From assembly GCA_964548075.1 (NCBI GenBank), contig CAZJQQ010000008.1:57237-121236 (forward strand): 64,000 bases of DNA, written 5' to 3'. Of this stretch, positions 17,830-27,892 are shown piece by piece. Under the pieces are notes generated by a model. The model saw only the letters and a program-made list of their open reading frames with translations. It was not told where the DNA came from and did not search any database. A program made the position numbers and the translations under genes. This stretch comes from an uncultured Clostridia bacterium (GTDB lineage Bacteria; Acidobacteriota; Blastocatellia; UBA7656). Numbering within the stretch: position 1 is the stretch's first letter; each line of letters begins with the position of its first letter.

Positions 17830-18720
17830 ATGAAGTCCATCACCGAAGAAACCAATTCCAGGACAAAAGACTTAGATCGCCGTTCAACGCTCGAGATTGT
17901 CAGGTTAATCAACGAAGAAGATAGGACAGTCGCCGAGGCCGTATCGCGCGTGCTCGATCGCGTCACCGAAGCGGTTGACCTTATTGTCGAGCGGATCGCA
18001 TCGGAAGGACGGCTGATCTACGTCGGAACCGGAACGAGCGGACGGCTTGGTGTGCTGGATGCTTCGGAGTGCCCGCCTACCTTCGGAGTATCGGCAGACC
18101 TCGTACGAGGAGTGATCGCCGGAGGCTTCGACGCGCTGCATCGATCAGTTGAAGCGGCGGAGGACGATCCTGAACAAGCGGTGCGCGATCTCCAGTCTCA
18201 AAACGTTTCGGCGCGGGACGTGGTGGTCGGCATATCGGCAAGCGGCAACACCCCCTACACGCTTGGCGCGGTCGAGTACGCGAAGAAGATCGGTGCGGCG
18301 ACCGTCGCGATTACTTGCAACCCAGCCTCGCGAATGGCGGCCGCGGCCGGCGTTTCCATCGCGCCCCTGGTTGGGCCCGAAGTTATATCCGGCTCATCGA
18401 GAATGAAGGCAGGCACGGCGCAAAAGATGATCCTGAACATGCTATCGACGGCGACAATGATCAAGCTTGGACTGGTCTACAGCAATTTGATGTCAAACCT
18501 TCGCGCGACAAACGAGAAGCTGCGGCGGCGCGCGCGCGCGATTCTCGCAGAAGAAACCGGAATCAGCTCGGAAGAGGCGGCGAGAGTTTTTGCGGCGGCG
18601 GGTGAAGACCTCCGAGTTGCGCTGTTGATGGCGCGGTCGGATCTTTCACGCGATGAGGCCAACCGACTGCTTGAGTCTCAAGCGGGCTCGGTACGCAGAG
18701 CCATCGATAGTCTGAGTTAG
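17830..18720 (+). CDS. murQ: N-acetylmuramic acid 6-phosphate etherase (SIS domain)
   Basis: Has the YVGTGTSGRLGVLDASECPPTFG SIS signature and full-length family colinearity. Confidence 0.85.
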   Translation: MKSITEETNSRTKDLDRRSTLEIVRLINEEDRTVAEAVSRVLDRVTEAVDLIVERIASEGRLIYVGTGTSGRLGVLDASECPPTFGVSADLVRGVIAGGFDALHRSVEAAEDDPEQAVRDLQSQNVSARDVVVGISASGNTPYTLGAVEYAKKIGAATVAITCNPASRMAAAAGVSIAPLVGPEVISGSSRMKAGTAQKMILNMLSTATMIKLGLVYSNLMSNLRATNEKLRRRARAILAEETGISSEEAARVFAAAGEDLRVALLMARSDLSRDEANRLLESQAGSVRRAIDSLS

Positions 18721-18749
18721 CGTTCGCACCGAGCGAAGTTGTAGCAGAA

Positions 18750-18941
18750 ATGAGAATCACAACGACAGCAATTCTCGCGGTCTCACTGGCAGTTTCGAAC
18801 GCTCTGCCCACGCATGCCTGCAGCTGTGATCTAAAAACTCACCGAAGAGACCTTAGAAACGCCAAAGCTGTTTTCATAGGTCGTGTTATTGAGATAAAGA
18901 GCGATGTGCAAATCCCAGTGAAGCTAGAGAGAGAAGTGTAA
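18750..18941 (+). CDS. Small secreted/lipoprotein-like peptide (63 aa), questionable
   Basis: Signal-like N-terminus. Its stop abuts the nagA start (TAAATG). Confidence 0.25.
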   Translation: MRITTTAILAVSLAVSNALPTHACSCDLKTHRRDLRNAKAVFIGRVIEIKSDVQIPVKLEREV

Positions 18942-20150
18942 ATGGCCCAACTACTTCTTCACGATGCGAGAGTGTTACTCGAAGGCGGCGTCCAGTACGG
19001 AGGTGTGCTTGTTCGCGACGGGCGCATCGCTCTGGTGTTCTCCAACGAGCAAATGCCATCCGGTATGGGCACCAGCGAGTCGATCAATCTTGGCGGCGCA
19101 TACCTTGCTCCAGGCATGATCGACATTCACATTCACGGTTCGGCTGGAGTCGATGTGCAAGCAGCGGACGCCGCCGGGTTGGCGAAGCTTTCGGAGTTTC
19201 TGCTCGCAGAAGGAGTGACCGGTTACTTCGCCACGTTCGTGCCGACCGACGAACTGGGCTACCGCGAGGCCATCGCCGCGGTAGACTCATACACCACCCG
19301 GCAAAACGAAGCAGCTCGAAACAAGAAACCGCAGGTCGCCGCGCGCATCCTGGGGATCCACTTCGAAGGGCCCTTTGTCAGCGAGCAACGCTGCGGCGCT
19401 CTTCGTCGCGAGCACTTCAGAACGTATGACGGCGACCCTCGCTCATTAGATCTGTTTATTGGCGGGTCATCGCGCACCCCGCGATTGATGACTGTAGCGC
19501 CGGAGATACAAGGCGGGCGCGAACTCACGCGCGAGCTAACACGCAAAGGCGTGCGAGCATTCATCGGGCACTCGCAAGCTGACCCCGCAACGCTCGACCA
19601 GGCTTTCGAAGCTGGCGCTCGTCACATTACCCATTTCCCGAACGCGCTCGATCCGCTCCATCACCGCAAGCCGGGCGCGGTCGCCTGGGGTCTGTTGCGC
19701 GATGATGTCACGCTGGATTGCATCGCCGACTTTCATCACGTGCATCCGGTGATGCTTCGATTGATGTATCAATCGAAGAGTGCCGATCGAATGGCCCTGA
19801 TCAGTGATGCGATCAAGCCAGCCGGACTTGGCGATGGAGAGTTCTCAGTCTGGGGCGAAGGTATTACGGTGCGGAATGGCCGGACGGCTCTCGCTCGCCA
19901 GCCGGGCGAAAGCACAATCGCAGGTTCGGTAATAACGATGCGCCAGGCTTTGAAGAACATCGTTGATCTCGGCATACCGGTTCACGAAGCGGTTCGCATG
20001 GCGTCTCTGGTTCCCGCCCGCGCCGCAGGCATCGAGGCTGAGCTCGGGTCGATCAAAGAAGGAGTGCGCGCCGATCTGATCGTGTTCAACGACGAGTTTG
20101 CGGTCCAACTTGCGACCGTAGGAGGCGTGCCAGCCTCCTACCATGTTTGA
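18942..20150 (+). CDS. nagA: N-acetylglucosamine-6-phosphate deacetylase
   Basis: Has the amidohydrolase metal ligands (DIHIHGSAGVD, GIHFEGPF, HF...H) and adjoins murQ. Confidence 0.85.
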   Translation: MAQLLLHDARVLLEGGVQYGGVLVRDGRIALVFSNEQMPSGMGTSESINLGGAYLAPGMIDIHIHGSAGVDVQAADAAGLAKLSEFLLAEGVTGYFATFVPTDELGYREAIAAVDSYTTRQNEAARNKKPQVAARILGIHFEGPFVSEQRCGALRREHFRTYDGDPRSLDLFIGGSSRTPRLMTVAPEIQGGRELTRELTRKGVRAFIGHSQADPATLDQAFEAGARHITHFPNALDPLHHRKPGAVAWGLLRDDVTLDCIADFHHVHPVMLRLMYQSKSADRMALISDAIKPAGLGDGEFSVWGEGITVRNGRTALARQPGESTIAGSVITMRQALKNIVDLGIPVHEAVRMASLVPARAAGIEAELGSIKEGVRADLIVFNDEFAVQLATVGGVPASYHV

Positions 20151-20359
20151 GATCGAAAACTCGATAATTCCTTACGATTCACTCCCCACTCACACCGGCG
20201 GTTTGGTAGCAAAAGCGCGTTGGCTTGAGGGCCAGCGCGAATGCTTTTCGCACGGCCCCTCAAATGGCACAGTCATTGCTGATCATCTGCAGCATTGAGG
20301 AGAAGTCTTCAGCAAGAAAGGTTGAAACGGAATCGAGGGAGACTTCGAGGGGGACCAGG

Positions 20360-20809
20360 ATGAGAAAAGAGAGGGGCTTTTCACTAATCGAGCTGCTGAT
20401 CGTCGTAGTCATCATCGGAGTGATCGCGGCGTTAGCGATACCTGGACTCCAGCGCGCGCGTCGATTTGCACAGGCTGGATCGGCGGTTCAGTCGCTCCGC
20501 ACCATAACCACCGCTGAGAATCTATATGAGCGAAGGTATAGGGTTTACGCGACATTAGCCAACCTTGCGCCTGAGGGCACGATTGATTCAAACCTCGCGG
20601 TCGGCTTGAAGAGCGGCTACGCGTTTACTATTACTCTTGTGCTCGATGCGAACGACCTAGCGAACGGTAAGTTGACAACCTTCAAAGCCAACGCTAACCC
20701 CGAAGCAGACGCCGCCACCGGCCTCTATTATTACGTCGATGAGACCGCGGTTATCCGCTACAACGAGGGCGCCGCTGCTGATGGAACTAGCCCGGCGATA
20801 CCCCGCTAA
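20360..20809 (+). CDS. Type IV pilin-like / prepilin-type N-terminal cleavage-methylation domain protein
   Basis: MRKERG|FSLIELLIVVVIIGVIAALAIP has a class-III signal peptide with Gly at -1 and Glu at +5. The upstream 45 codons of the track ORF are unlikely to be translated. Confidence 0.7.
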   Translation: MRKERGFSLIELLIVVVIIGVIAALAIPGLQRARRFAQAGSAVQSLRTITTAENLYERRYRVYATLANLAPEGTIDSNLAVGLKSGYAFTITLVLDANDLANGKLTTFKANANPEADAATGLYYYVDETAVIRYNEGAAADGTSPAIPR

Positions 20810-21049
20810 GTCCTTTTCTCTGACAAAAAGTGGCAAACAGAAACTATCCTTTTTTGTTAAGAACAGTGGCAGGGATGACTGCGCGATCGGAGTCTCCGTC
20901 AGCATACCCTTTCCTGCCAAGCACTTCGCTTTGCGCGGTAACAACTGAGCGGGTTGGCACAGGCTTTGATCTAGTTCACGCTGCAATCTGTCGTAGATTG
21001 GCCGCTAGGAAAACTGACCTACGGCAAAGCTGAAAAGGAGCGTACGCTT

Positions 21050-21559
21050 ATGAAGAATGAGAAAGGATTTTCGCTGATCGAGTTGCTGATAGTGGTGGCG
21101 ATCATCGGTATCATCGCGGCTATCGCAATACCCAACCTGCTGAAGTCCCGTCAGGCGGCCAACGAGGCGTCAGCCATCGGATCGGTTCGGACCTTAGGAA
21201 CTTCGCAGGCGACTTATCAATCAACCCGCGGCAAGGGCAAGGACTTCGCTCTTGGTTTGGCGGAACTCTTGGCTGACAACGCGATTGACAGCGCGCTGGG
21301 CAGCGGTGACAAGAGCGGATTCCACTTTCAAGTAACGGGCGTCTTCGCAGTAGTCGGCGTGCCATCCTACTTCGACACACTGGCTGATCCGCAGTCAACG
21401 GGCAACTTCGGTACGGGCAACCGAGGGTTCTCCTCTAACGAGACATATGTGGTCTATCAGATTGACGAGCCGGCTGGCCAAAGCCCGGGCACAGCCGCCG
21501 TGGCGGGTGCTGCACCTCCGGGCGTTCGTACACCGGCAGGTATGACTCCCATCGAGTAA
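21050..21559 (+). CDS. Type IV pilin-like protein, paralog 2
   Basis: MKNEKG|FSLIELLIVVAIIGIIAAIAIP. A hairpin terminator follows at about 21595-21630. Confidence 0.75.
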   Translation: MKNEKGFSLIELLIVVAIIGIIAAIAIPNLLKSRQAANEASAIGSVRTLGTSQATYQSTRGKGKDFALGLAELLADNAIDSALGSGDKSGFHFQVTGVFAVVGVPSYFDTLADPQSTGNFGTGNRGFSSNETYVVYQIDEPAGQSPGTAAVAGAAPPGVRTPAGMTPIE

Positions 21560-21594
21560 ATGCCGTCCGCTGGTCACCGGGTTTCGGAAACCAC

Positions 21595-21630
21595 AAAACG
21601 GGTGAGTCCTTCCAGGGCTCACCCGTTTGT
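21595..21630 (+). terminator. Putative intrinsic terminator after pilin paralog 2
   Basis: Stem ACGGGTGAG / CTCACCCGT followed by TTTGTGCT. Confidence 0.45.
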
Positions 21631-21750
21631 GCTATAGTCCCACCCTCAGTTTCAAAAAATAATGAACCTCGCGGCATCCGCCGCGTTCGATTTCGCAAGA
21701 ACGCAAGCCATTCCCTCCGGGATGGCAATACTCAGAAGTGGGGGAAAGCC

Positions 21751-22230
21751 ATGAATAGAAACAAGCAGAGTGGGTTCTCGCTGATCGAGTTGCTGATCGT
21801 AGTCGCGATCATCGGAATAATCGCAGCAATCGCCATCCCGAGTCTGATCAAGTCGCAGCAGGCGGCGCATGAGACGGCCGCGCTTACCGAAGTACAGACC
21901 ATCGGCAAACAACAGGTCCTTTACTCAATCACCAAGGGCCACGGTAAGTTTGCGGATCTCGCGACTCTGGGTTCCCTGAACTATGTCGACTCAAATATGG
22001 CTACAGGTAACAAGGGCGGGTACGTTTTTGCCACAGCCCCGATAAACGCCGACGGGATGCCCGCGATGTTCGACACCACCTCGCATCCAAGCGCGGTCGG
22101 TAACTTCGGCACCGGCAATCGCTCCTACTATTCGAATGAGACAATGGTCGTATTCGAGACCGATGGCATCGCGCCGCCAACAGCTACACCGCAAGACCGG
22201 GTTCCTAAAGACGGAACGCCGATTCAGTAG
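21751..22230 (+). CDS. Type IV pilin-like protein, paralog 3
   Basis: MNRNKQSG|FSLIELLIVVAIIGIIAAIAIP. A GC-rich hairpin plus T-run follows at about 22243-22282. Confidence 0.75.
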   Translation: MNRNKQSGFSLIELLIVVAIIGIIAAIAIPSLIKSQQAAHETAALTEVQTIGKQQVLYSITKGHGKFADLATLGSLNYVDSNMATGNKGGYVFATAPINADGMPAMFDTTSHPSAVGNFGTGNRSYYSNETMVVFETDGIAPPTATPQDRVPKDGTPIQ

Positions 22231-22462
22231 ATTATTGTAGGTGGGCCGGTCGCGCGCGCTGCGCTGCGGCCGGCCCGTTTAAGCTGCAAATCTGGTTCAT
22301 CCGCTAGAAGTAGTCGCCCCCGTTTGTTTGCACTCCCGGCAGCAGCGAGAGACTCTTTCGCTCCCTCGCTGATGCGGCGCGGACCTAAGCCCTTCTTAAT
22401 TCAAACTAAACGTTCCTGCTTCTAAGGTAGGACGCCAGGCTTTTGAGGACAGCAAAGGCGCG

Positions 22463-24442
22463 GTGGCTACGGCAAAACAAAAAAAGACCAGCAGAGCAAA
22501 AACGGAATCGGGGCAGCGAACGGCTGTGCCTGTCGACCAGCCGCGACTGCTCTCATCCTTGCCGCGCCTCAGTCCAGCGCGAACGGTACTCCTGATCTGT
22601 CTGTTTTCATTCCTGGCTTATGCCAATTCGCTGGGCGGAGACTTCGTTTTCGACGACACCGATCAGATCGTCGAGAATCAGAACATTCGCTCGTGGGACA
22701 ACCTCTCGAAGGCTTTTACGACACACGTGTGGGCGTTTCGCGAGCAGCCCGGATCTCTGAACGTCCCGCCGCCGCTTCCCTATTATCGACCGCTGTTCAC
22801 CGTGATGCTCACCGTTGAGTATCACCTGTTCGGACTCTGGCCGCAGGGTTGGCATTTGGTTAGCCTGCTTCTTCACATCTTGTGCGCCGCCGGTGTCTTC
22901 TACGTTATTCTTCGGATGTCGGGACGGAATCTCGTAGCTCTGTTCGCTTCGATTCTTTTTGCAGTGCACCCGGTTCACGCCGAATCTGTGAGCTGGATAA
23001 GTGGAATGACTGATCCGCTGTTTGGAGTCTTCTTCCTTGCGTCGTTTTGTCTTTATCTGAAGGCTCGATCGTCGGACCAGCGCGGGAGCGCGGATCGAAC
23101 GGCGTTGGGTCTGTCGCTCGTGATGTTCGTACTGGCGGCGTTTGCGAAAGAGACCGCGCTGAGTCTGGCGATGTTGGTGTTCGGCTACGAGCTTATCGAA
23201 GCGTCTGGCAAAAAGACCGTGCGGTTGATCGCGGCGACGAAGCGAGCGCTGCCTTACGCCGCTGCCACGTTGATCTATCTCGTGCCGCGATATCTGGTGC
23301 TCGGGGAGTTGATGTGGAAGAACCCGCAAGCGCCCGATCGGCCGCTGGCGCATACGCTGTTGACTCTGCCGTTCGTGCTATTGAGTTACGTTGGGCACCT
23401 TCTATGGCCAATAAATTTGAGCGTTACTTACAACACGCACTTCGTTACAAGCGTGACGTCGCCGCGGTTCCTGTTGCCCGCGGCTGCACTCGGCCTGGCT
23501 CTGGCTGCGCTCCTCTTCTATCGAAAAAGGGTCGGCAGGGAAGTGGAGCGAGCGCTCTTGCTGTTATTCGTTCCGCTGCTGCCTGTGCTAAACCTCGGGC
23601 AAGTTTCTCGGGAAGAGTACCTCGTCTTCGATCATTACCTCTATCTCTCGGTCGCGGGGTTCGCCTATCTCGTAGCGGCAGGCATTTTCAAAGCGAGCGC
23701 AATCGAATCGAACGTGAGTCAGACGCAGATCGCCGGGCTGAGCCGGCCCGCATTTGCGGCGGCGGCTTTTTTGGTGGTTACGCTGACGGTGGCCGCCGGG
23801 TTGGAGAACAGACCCTGGGCGAATTCGTACTCGCTTTGGTCCAATGTCGCGCGAGTCAGACCAACATATTGGGCGGCTCACTACAACGCGGGACTTGCGC
23901 TGTTGGACGCGAAGCGTTTCGACGAAGCTCACGCGTCGCTCGAACAGGCAATCGCGCTCAAGCCAGATGAACCGAACGTACTCGCTGCGTTGGGCCGGAG
24001 CTACGATGGCAAGGGTGAGACCTCGAGCGCCGTTACCAGCTTCAAGCACGCAATCGATGTCAATCCCGAGATGTTCGAGGCGTACAATGATCTCGGCACC
24101 GTGTACTTCAAGGACAAGGACTACGTTTTAGCTGAAGCGAACTTTGTGGCGGCGCTGCGGTTGAAGCCGGAAGCTTCTGCGTCGCGATTCAATCTTGGTT
24201 TGTGCTACGCGCGGCAGGGACGCTACAGTGACGCAACGCGCGAACTCGAACGCGTTGTTCAGGCGAAGCCAGATGATGCGTTGGCGCTGTACGAACTTGG
24301 CTTATCCTACGAACGAACGGGCCGAGCCAGTGATGCGGTGCGTGTCTTTCAAACGGCAGGTAGGCTGGCAAAATCGCAGGAGCTAGCCGACAGACTTGCT
24401 GAAGGCTTGGGCCGGTTGCGAGGCGATAGCCGCCAACCGTGA
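22463..24442 (+). CDS. Polytopic membrane protein with C-terminal TPR repeats (TMTC / glycosyltransferase family 39-like architecture)
   Basis: More than 10 hydrophobic helices in the first ~430 aa. About five TPR-like repeats in the last ~200 aa (AHYNAGLALLD, AYNDLGTVYF, ALYELGLSYE). Confidence 0.6.
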   Translation: MATAKQKKTSRAKTESGQRTAVPVDQPRLLSSLPRLSPARTVLLICLFSFLAYANSLGGDFVFDDTDQIVENQNIRSWDNLSKAFTTHVWAFREQPGSLNVPPPLPYYRPLFTVMLTVEYHLFGLWPQGWHLVSLLLHILCAAGVFYVILRMSGRNLVALFASILFAVHPVHAESVSWISGMTDPLFGVFFLASFCLYLKARSSDQRGSADRTALGLSLVMFVLAAFAKETALSLAMLVFGYELIEASGKKTVRLIAATKRALPYAAATLIYLVPRYLVLGELMWKNPQAPDRPLAHTLLTLPFVLLSYVGHLLWPINLSVTYNTHFVTSVTSPRFLLPAAALGLALAALLFYRKRVGREVERALLLLFVPLLPVLNLGQVSREEYLVFDHYLYLSVAGFAYLVAAGIFKASAIESNVSQTQIAGLSRPAFAAAAFLVVTLTVAAGLENRPWANSYSLWSNVARVRPTYWAAHYNAGLALLDAKRFDEAHASLEQAIALKPDEPNVLAALGRSYDGKGETSSAVTSFKHAIDVNPEMFEAYNDLGTVYFKDKDYVLAEANFVAALRLKPEASASRFNLGLCYARQGRYSDATRELERVVQAKPDDALALYELGLSYERTGRASDAVRVFQTAGRLAKSQELADRLAEGLGRLRGDSRQP

Positions 24443-24486
24443 ATTTGGCCGACCCAGTCGAACCGTTAGACTTCGGAATCCAGCAA

Positions 24487-25328
24487 TGGCTATAGGTGAG
24501 ATCAAAGTCATGGAAGCGGTGGCTGCGCCCGTGAGCTTCAAATCGAGCGGCGCGCGGAGGGTTCGCGCTATCGCGCTCAACACGTTTCGCGAGTCCATCC
24601 GCGACCGCGTGCTCTACAACCTCATTCTGTTTGTGTTGATTCTCGTCGCGGCGTCGGTGTTCGTAAGCGATCTGTCGCTCGACATGGAAAGCCAGTTCAC
24701 CGCCGCGCTAGGCTTGAGCGCGATGGTGGTGTTCGGCGCGTTGATCGCTATCTTCATCGGCGTGGGGCTCGTCTACAAAGAGATCGACAAACGAACGATT
24801 TACAGTCTGCTATCTAAGCCGGTGCATCGCCACGAGTTCATTCTCGGCAAGTACGCGGGGTTGTGCCTGACGCTGCTGGTCAACTCGGCTGTGATGGTGC
24901 TGGCGACTGAGCTCGCGCTGTTGTATGTCAACGGAAAGTTCGTGCCGCTTCAAACGGCGGTGCTGGCGGCTTCGTTCCTCGTGTACCTGGAACTTGTGTT
25001 GTTGGTGGCCGTCGCTCTGATGTTCTCCAGCTTTACGACACCGATGCTCGCCGCGCTGTTTTCATTCGCGGTATACGTGATTGGGCACTTCAGCAAAGAC
25101 TTGCTGGTGATGGCTTCGTTGTCGGGTTCAACAACTACGCGAGTCGTGCTTACGACTTTGTATTATCTGCTTCCAAACCTTTCAAACTTTGGATTCATAA
25201 CCGAGGCGTCGCACGGGGGAATCGTGCCGCTCGGTATGGCCGTCTCGGCTACCGCGTATGCGATTGTGTACATCGGCATACTACTGTCTGCGGCAGTTCT
25301 GATCTTCCAAAAGAGGAGCTTCAAGTGA
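24487..25328 (+). CDS. ABC-2-type transporter permease-like membrane protein
   Basis: Six hydrophobic helices in an ABC-2 / GldF-like arrangement. The start is trimmed from the track ORF to avoid overlap with the upstream gene. Confidence 0.5.
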
Positions 25329-26245
25329 GCGCTGGTGGACGCATTCTTCCCGCATCGCTTCTCGTCGTGGGGTTGGGATTGCTGTACCCGATGCAACGAT
25401 GGATCGATAAGACTTCGTCTCTCCCGACTGTTACCGAGGAGGCGCTCTACCTTTCTTCGGGCAAGACGATAAAGAAAATGAGCCTGGGGTTGGATGCGCT
25501 TGCGGCGGACATCTATTGGATTCGCACGGTGCAGTACTTCGGTCGCAAAGTAATCGACAGCGGGAAGCCGCTTTCGGCGGCGACAAAAGACCTTCGCATG
25601 GACTTGCTCGCGCCGCTTCTCGACATAGTGGTCACGCTGGATCCGCAGCACATTCCGGCTTATCGCTTCGGTGCGATGTTTCTCCCTGAACGCGATATGC
25701 CGGCGGCGATAGCACTGGTCGAAAAGGGTATCAGCGAGAACCCGAACGAGTGGCGGCTGTACCAGGATATTGGATACATTTACTGGCAAGCCGGCAACGC
25801 GTCTTCGGGTGACGAGCAGGCCGCGAGCTACGGAAAGTCGGCCGACTGGTTTGAAAAAGGGGGCGGCGTTTCTGGCGCGCCGTGGTGGATGCGCGACCTT
25901 GGGGGCCTGATGAGAATCAAAGGTGGAAGCCGCGAAGCCGCGCGCGCGGTGTACTCGACCTATCTGACAAGCGACGATCAAAACGTTCGCGCGCAAGCGG
26001 TTGAACGATTGAAGCAGCTGCGCTCGCTTGATGAGCTGGACGCGATCAACGCGTTGCTCACTCGCTACAAGGAACAGGCCGGCGCGTGCCCATCAGATCT
26101 TCGCGTGCTTGCGTCGAGGTTTCGATCGATGAACCTGGCGGTCAATGATGAGTTGTTGCCGGTAGACCCGGACGGTTTTGCTTACACCTACGCCGCTGAA
26201 AAGTGCAGAGCCGAGCTTGCATTTGAATCCACGGTGCCGAGGTAG
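25325..26245 (+). CDS. Membrane-anchored hypothetical protein (possible TPR-like helical repeats)
   Basis: 306 aa with an N-terminal TM helix and a 4-bp overlap with the upstream permease. Its stop codon TAG is the first bases of a REP-like element. Confidence 0.45.
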   Translation: MSAGGRILPASLLVVGLGLLYPMQRWIDKTSSLPTVTEEALYLSSGKTIKKMSLGLDALAADIYWIRTVQYFGRKVIDSGKPLSAATKDLRMDLLAPLLDIVVTLDPQHIPAYRFGAMFLPERDMPAAIALVEKGISENPNEWRLYQDIGYIYWQAGNASSGDEQAASYGKSADWFEKGGGVSGAPWWMRDLGGLMRIKGGSREAARAVYSTYLTSDDQNVRAQAVERLKQLRSLDELDAINALLTRYKEQAGACPSDLRVLASRFRSMNLAVNDELLPVDPDGFAYTYAAEKCRAELAFESTVPR

Positions 26246-26322
26246 CCTAGACTTTAGTCTGGGTGCGAGCCGATCGAAGGATTCAGAAACTGGACGCACA
26301 CTGAAGGCCCTGCTACATGTCA
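26245..26322. repeat. REP-like palindromic element, degenerate copy (GTAGCCTAGACTTTAGTCTGGGTGCG ... GCACACTGAAGGCCCTGCTAC)
   Basis: Left arm matches the family consensus GTAGCATAGACTT(T/C)AGTCTGTG seen at 29038, 51436 and 52867. Right arm is degenerate. Sits between convergent genes and supplies a TAG stop to each. Confidence 0.55.
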
Positions 26323-27146
26323 GGCATTCGCTTTAGATCCACGGTGATGGTTGCACCTGAAGTTTTGATCCTTGCGCGCACCGGGATTCGGGTCGGATCG
26401 TCCGTCACCCACACCAGCATCTCGCCGCTGCGCTTGATGTAGCGCCCGTCGAACACCTTCGCGTTCAACTGAATTGCGTTGAACTTTCCGGCACCGGTCT
26501 TGATCTGCTCTCGCTTTACCGCGATGACTTCAATGTTGTAGACCTCTCCGCCATCGCTGATCGGCACTGGAATCAGGTCACCTTCTCTCAGCGGTTGGGT
26601 TCGAACGAAATAGATGGCTGACAGCAGGTCCTGAACCCACGATGGCGAGGGTTTCTCTTTGACTTTCGGTGCGCTCTTTGAGTTTGCCAGGTCGCGGTCG
26701 GTGTAGGTGACCAGACCAGCCTCGCGATTCACGACGGACTTCTGTTCGCGGCGGACTTTGCCTTCTTCGAGAAGCTTCGTAGAAGTGTGCATCCCGAAGT
26801 CTGTCTGGTCGACGAGCGAGATGTAACGGTCTTTTACTTTGACCCCAAAAAGGGACGGGAAGAATCCCTTCGAGACGGCTTCGGCGGTCAGCTCTATCAA
26901 CTCAGGCTTAGGCGAATCCAATGGTTTTGAAACTGAGAGTTTCAACTCGCCGATCGTTCCGGAGAAGATGAGCTTCGAGAAACTCACGCTGTAGGCCAGT
27001 GTTTCACCGATCTTGAACGGAAGCGGCTCGGCAACCTTTGGTGGAATGAAAGCGACCTTCTCAGGCGAGCCTTGCGCGGCAGCGCATCCTAACCAAAACA
27101 GGAGTGTGGTAGCCGCAACCAAAGCCTTCCTCAACATAGCGTTCAT
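26313..27146 (-). CDS. Secreted hypothetical protein (DUF3108-like size and composition)
   Basis: 277 aa with the signal peptide LVAATTLLFWLGCAAAQG. Confidence 0.45.
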   Translation of the reverse strand: MNAMLRKALVAATTLLFWLGCAAAQGSPEKVAFIPPKVAEPLPFKIGETLAYSVSFSKLIFSGTIGELKLSVSKPLDSPKPELIELTAEAVSKGFFPSLFGVKVKDRYISLVDQTDFGMHTSTKLLEEGKVRREQKSVVNREAGLVTYTDRDLANSKSAPKVKEKPSPSWVQDLLSAIYFVRTQPLREGDLIPVPISDGGEVYNIEVIAVKREQIKTGAGKFNAIQLNAKVFDGRYIKRSGEMLVWVTDDPTRIPVRARIKTSGATITVDLKRMPDM

Positions 27147-27181
27147 TATACGAATGATGTAGATGGTGGTGCCAGCGTTGG

Positions 27182-27892
27182 CTAGCCGATCGCGAGCTTG
27201 GCGGCGAGCAGCGCATACGCGACGACGAACCCCACTGCGGCGCGGTACTCTCGATGCCGCAGGTACAGCGAGACATCAAACTGTCGTTGATTTCCGGCCT
27301 GAGAACGGTACGAGATCGTGCCTTCTGAAGTCATGGAAGCCGCTCGGTAAGGCGTGAAGCGCGGAACAAACAACGGCACTTGCCTGCTATAGAGTTCATA
27401 CTCTTCTGAGAACAATCCACTCATCGCCTCTGCTTCCGCAAACATCACGGGCACATAGATCAACAAGTAGAACGTCGCGAACACCGCGACGAACCACGGC
27501 GTTCCCCCTCCGACCGCTACGCCCGTTCCCAAGAGGAACGTGCCCAGGTAGAGCGGATTGCGAGTGTGCGCATAAGGCCCCGATGTTGTCAGTTCTTGAT
27601 TCTTCTTCACGTGGCCCGATGCCCACGCGCGAATCGCTAGACCGATGATCGCAACAAACGCGCCTGCGACAAGAGACGGCAGCGTCGGCCGCGCTGAGAT
27701 GAACAACAATGGCGCAAGCACGAAGCCCGCGGGAACTCTGATGCGTTGAGCTAGTTGTTTGAAAGTCAATCCGCTTTGTCTTCTTTCGTGTTCGCCAGCC
27801 GCTTCAAGACCGCGCGCTTGACGTCGTTCATAGGGATATCCATACACTCCCAGTGCCAACAACTGCGCCGGTGACATTCCGCACGGCACCAC
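27182..27892 (-). CDS. Isoprenylcysteine carboxyl methyltransferase (ICMT)/phospholipid methyltransferase-family membrane protein. Start uncertain: the longest frame overlaps the upstream gene by about 127 bp.
   Basis: Has the TSGPYAHTRNPLYLGTFLLGTG motif characteristic of ICMT/PEMT-like methyltransferases, plus multiple TM helices. Confidence 0.55.
   Translation of the reverse strand: MVPCGMSPAQLLALGVYGYPYERRQARGLEAAGEHERRQSGLTFKQLAQRIRVPAGFVLAPLLFISARPTLPSLVAGAFVAIIGLAIRAWASGHVKKNQELTTSGPYAHTRNPLYLGTFLLGTGVAVGGGTPWFVAVFATFYLLIYVPVMFAEAEAMSGLFSEEYELYSRQVPLFVPRFTPYRAASMTSEGTISYRSQAGNQRQFDVSLYLRHREYRAAVGFVVAYALLAAKLAIG

Noticed and set aside
27766-27892. 127-bp overlap between the ICMT-like gene and the GT9 gene
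   Set aside because: This is probably a start-codon artefact, since the ICMT-like gene likely initiates at a downstream non-ATG codon. It is not evidence of anything unusual.
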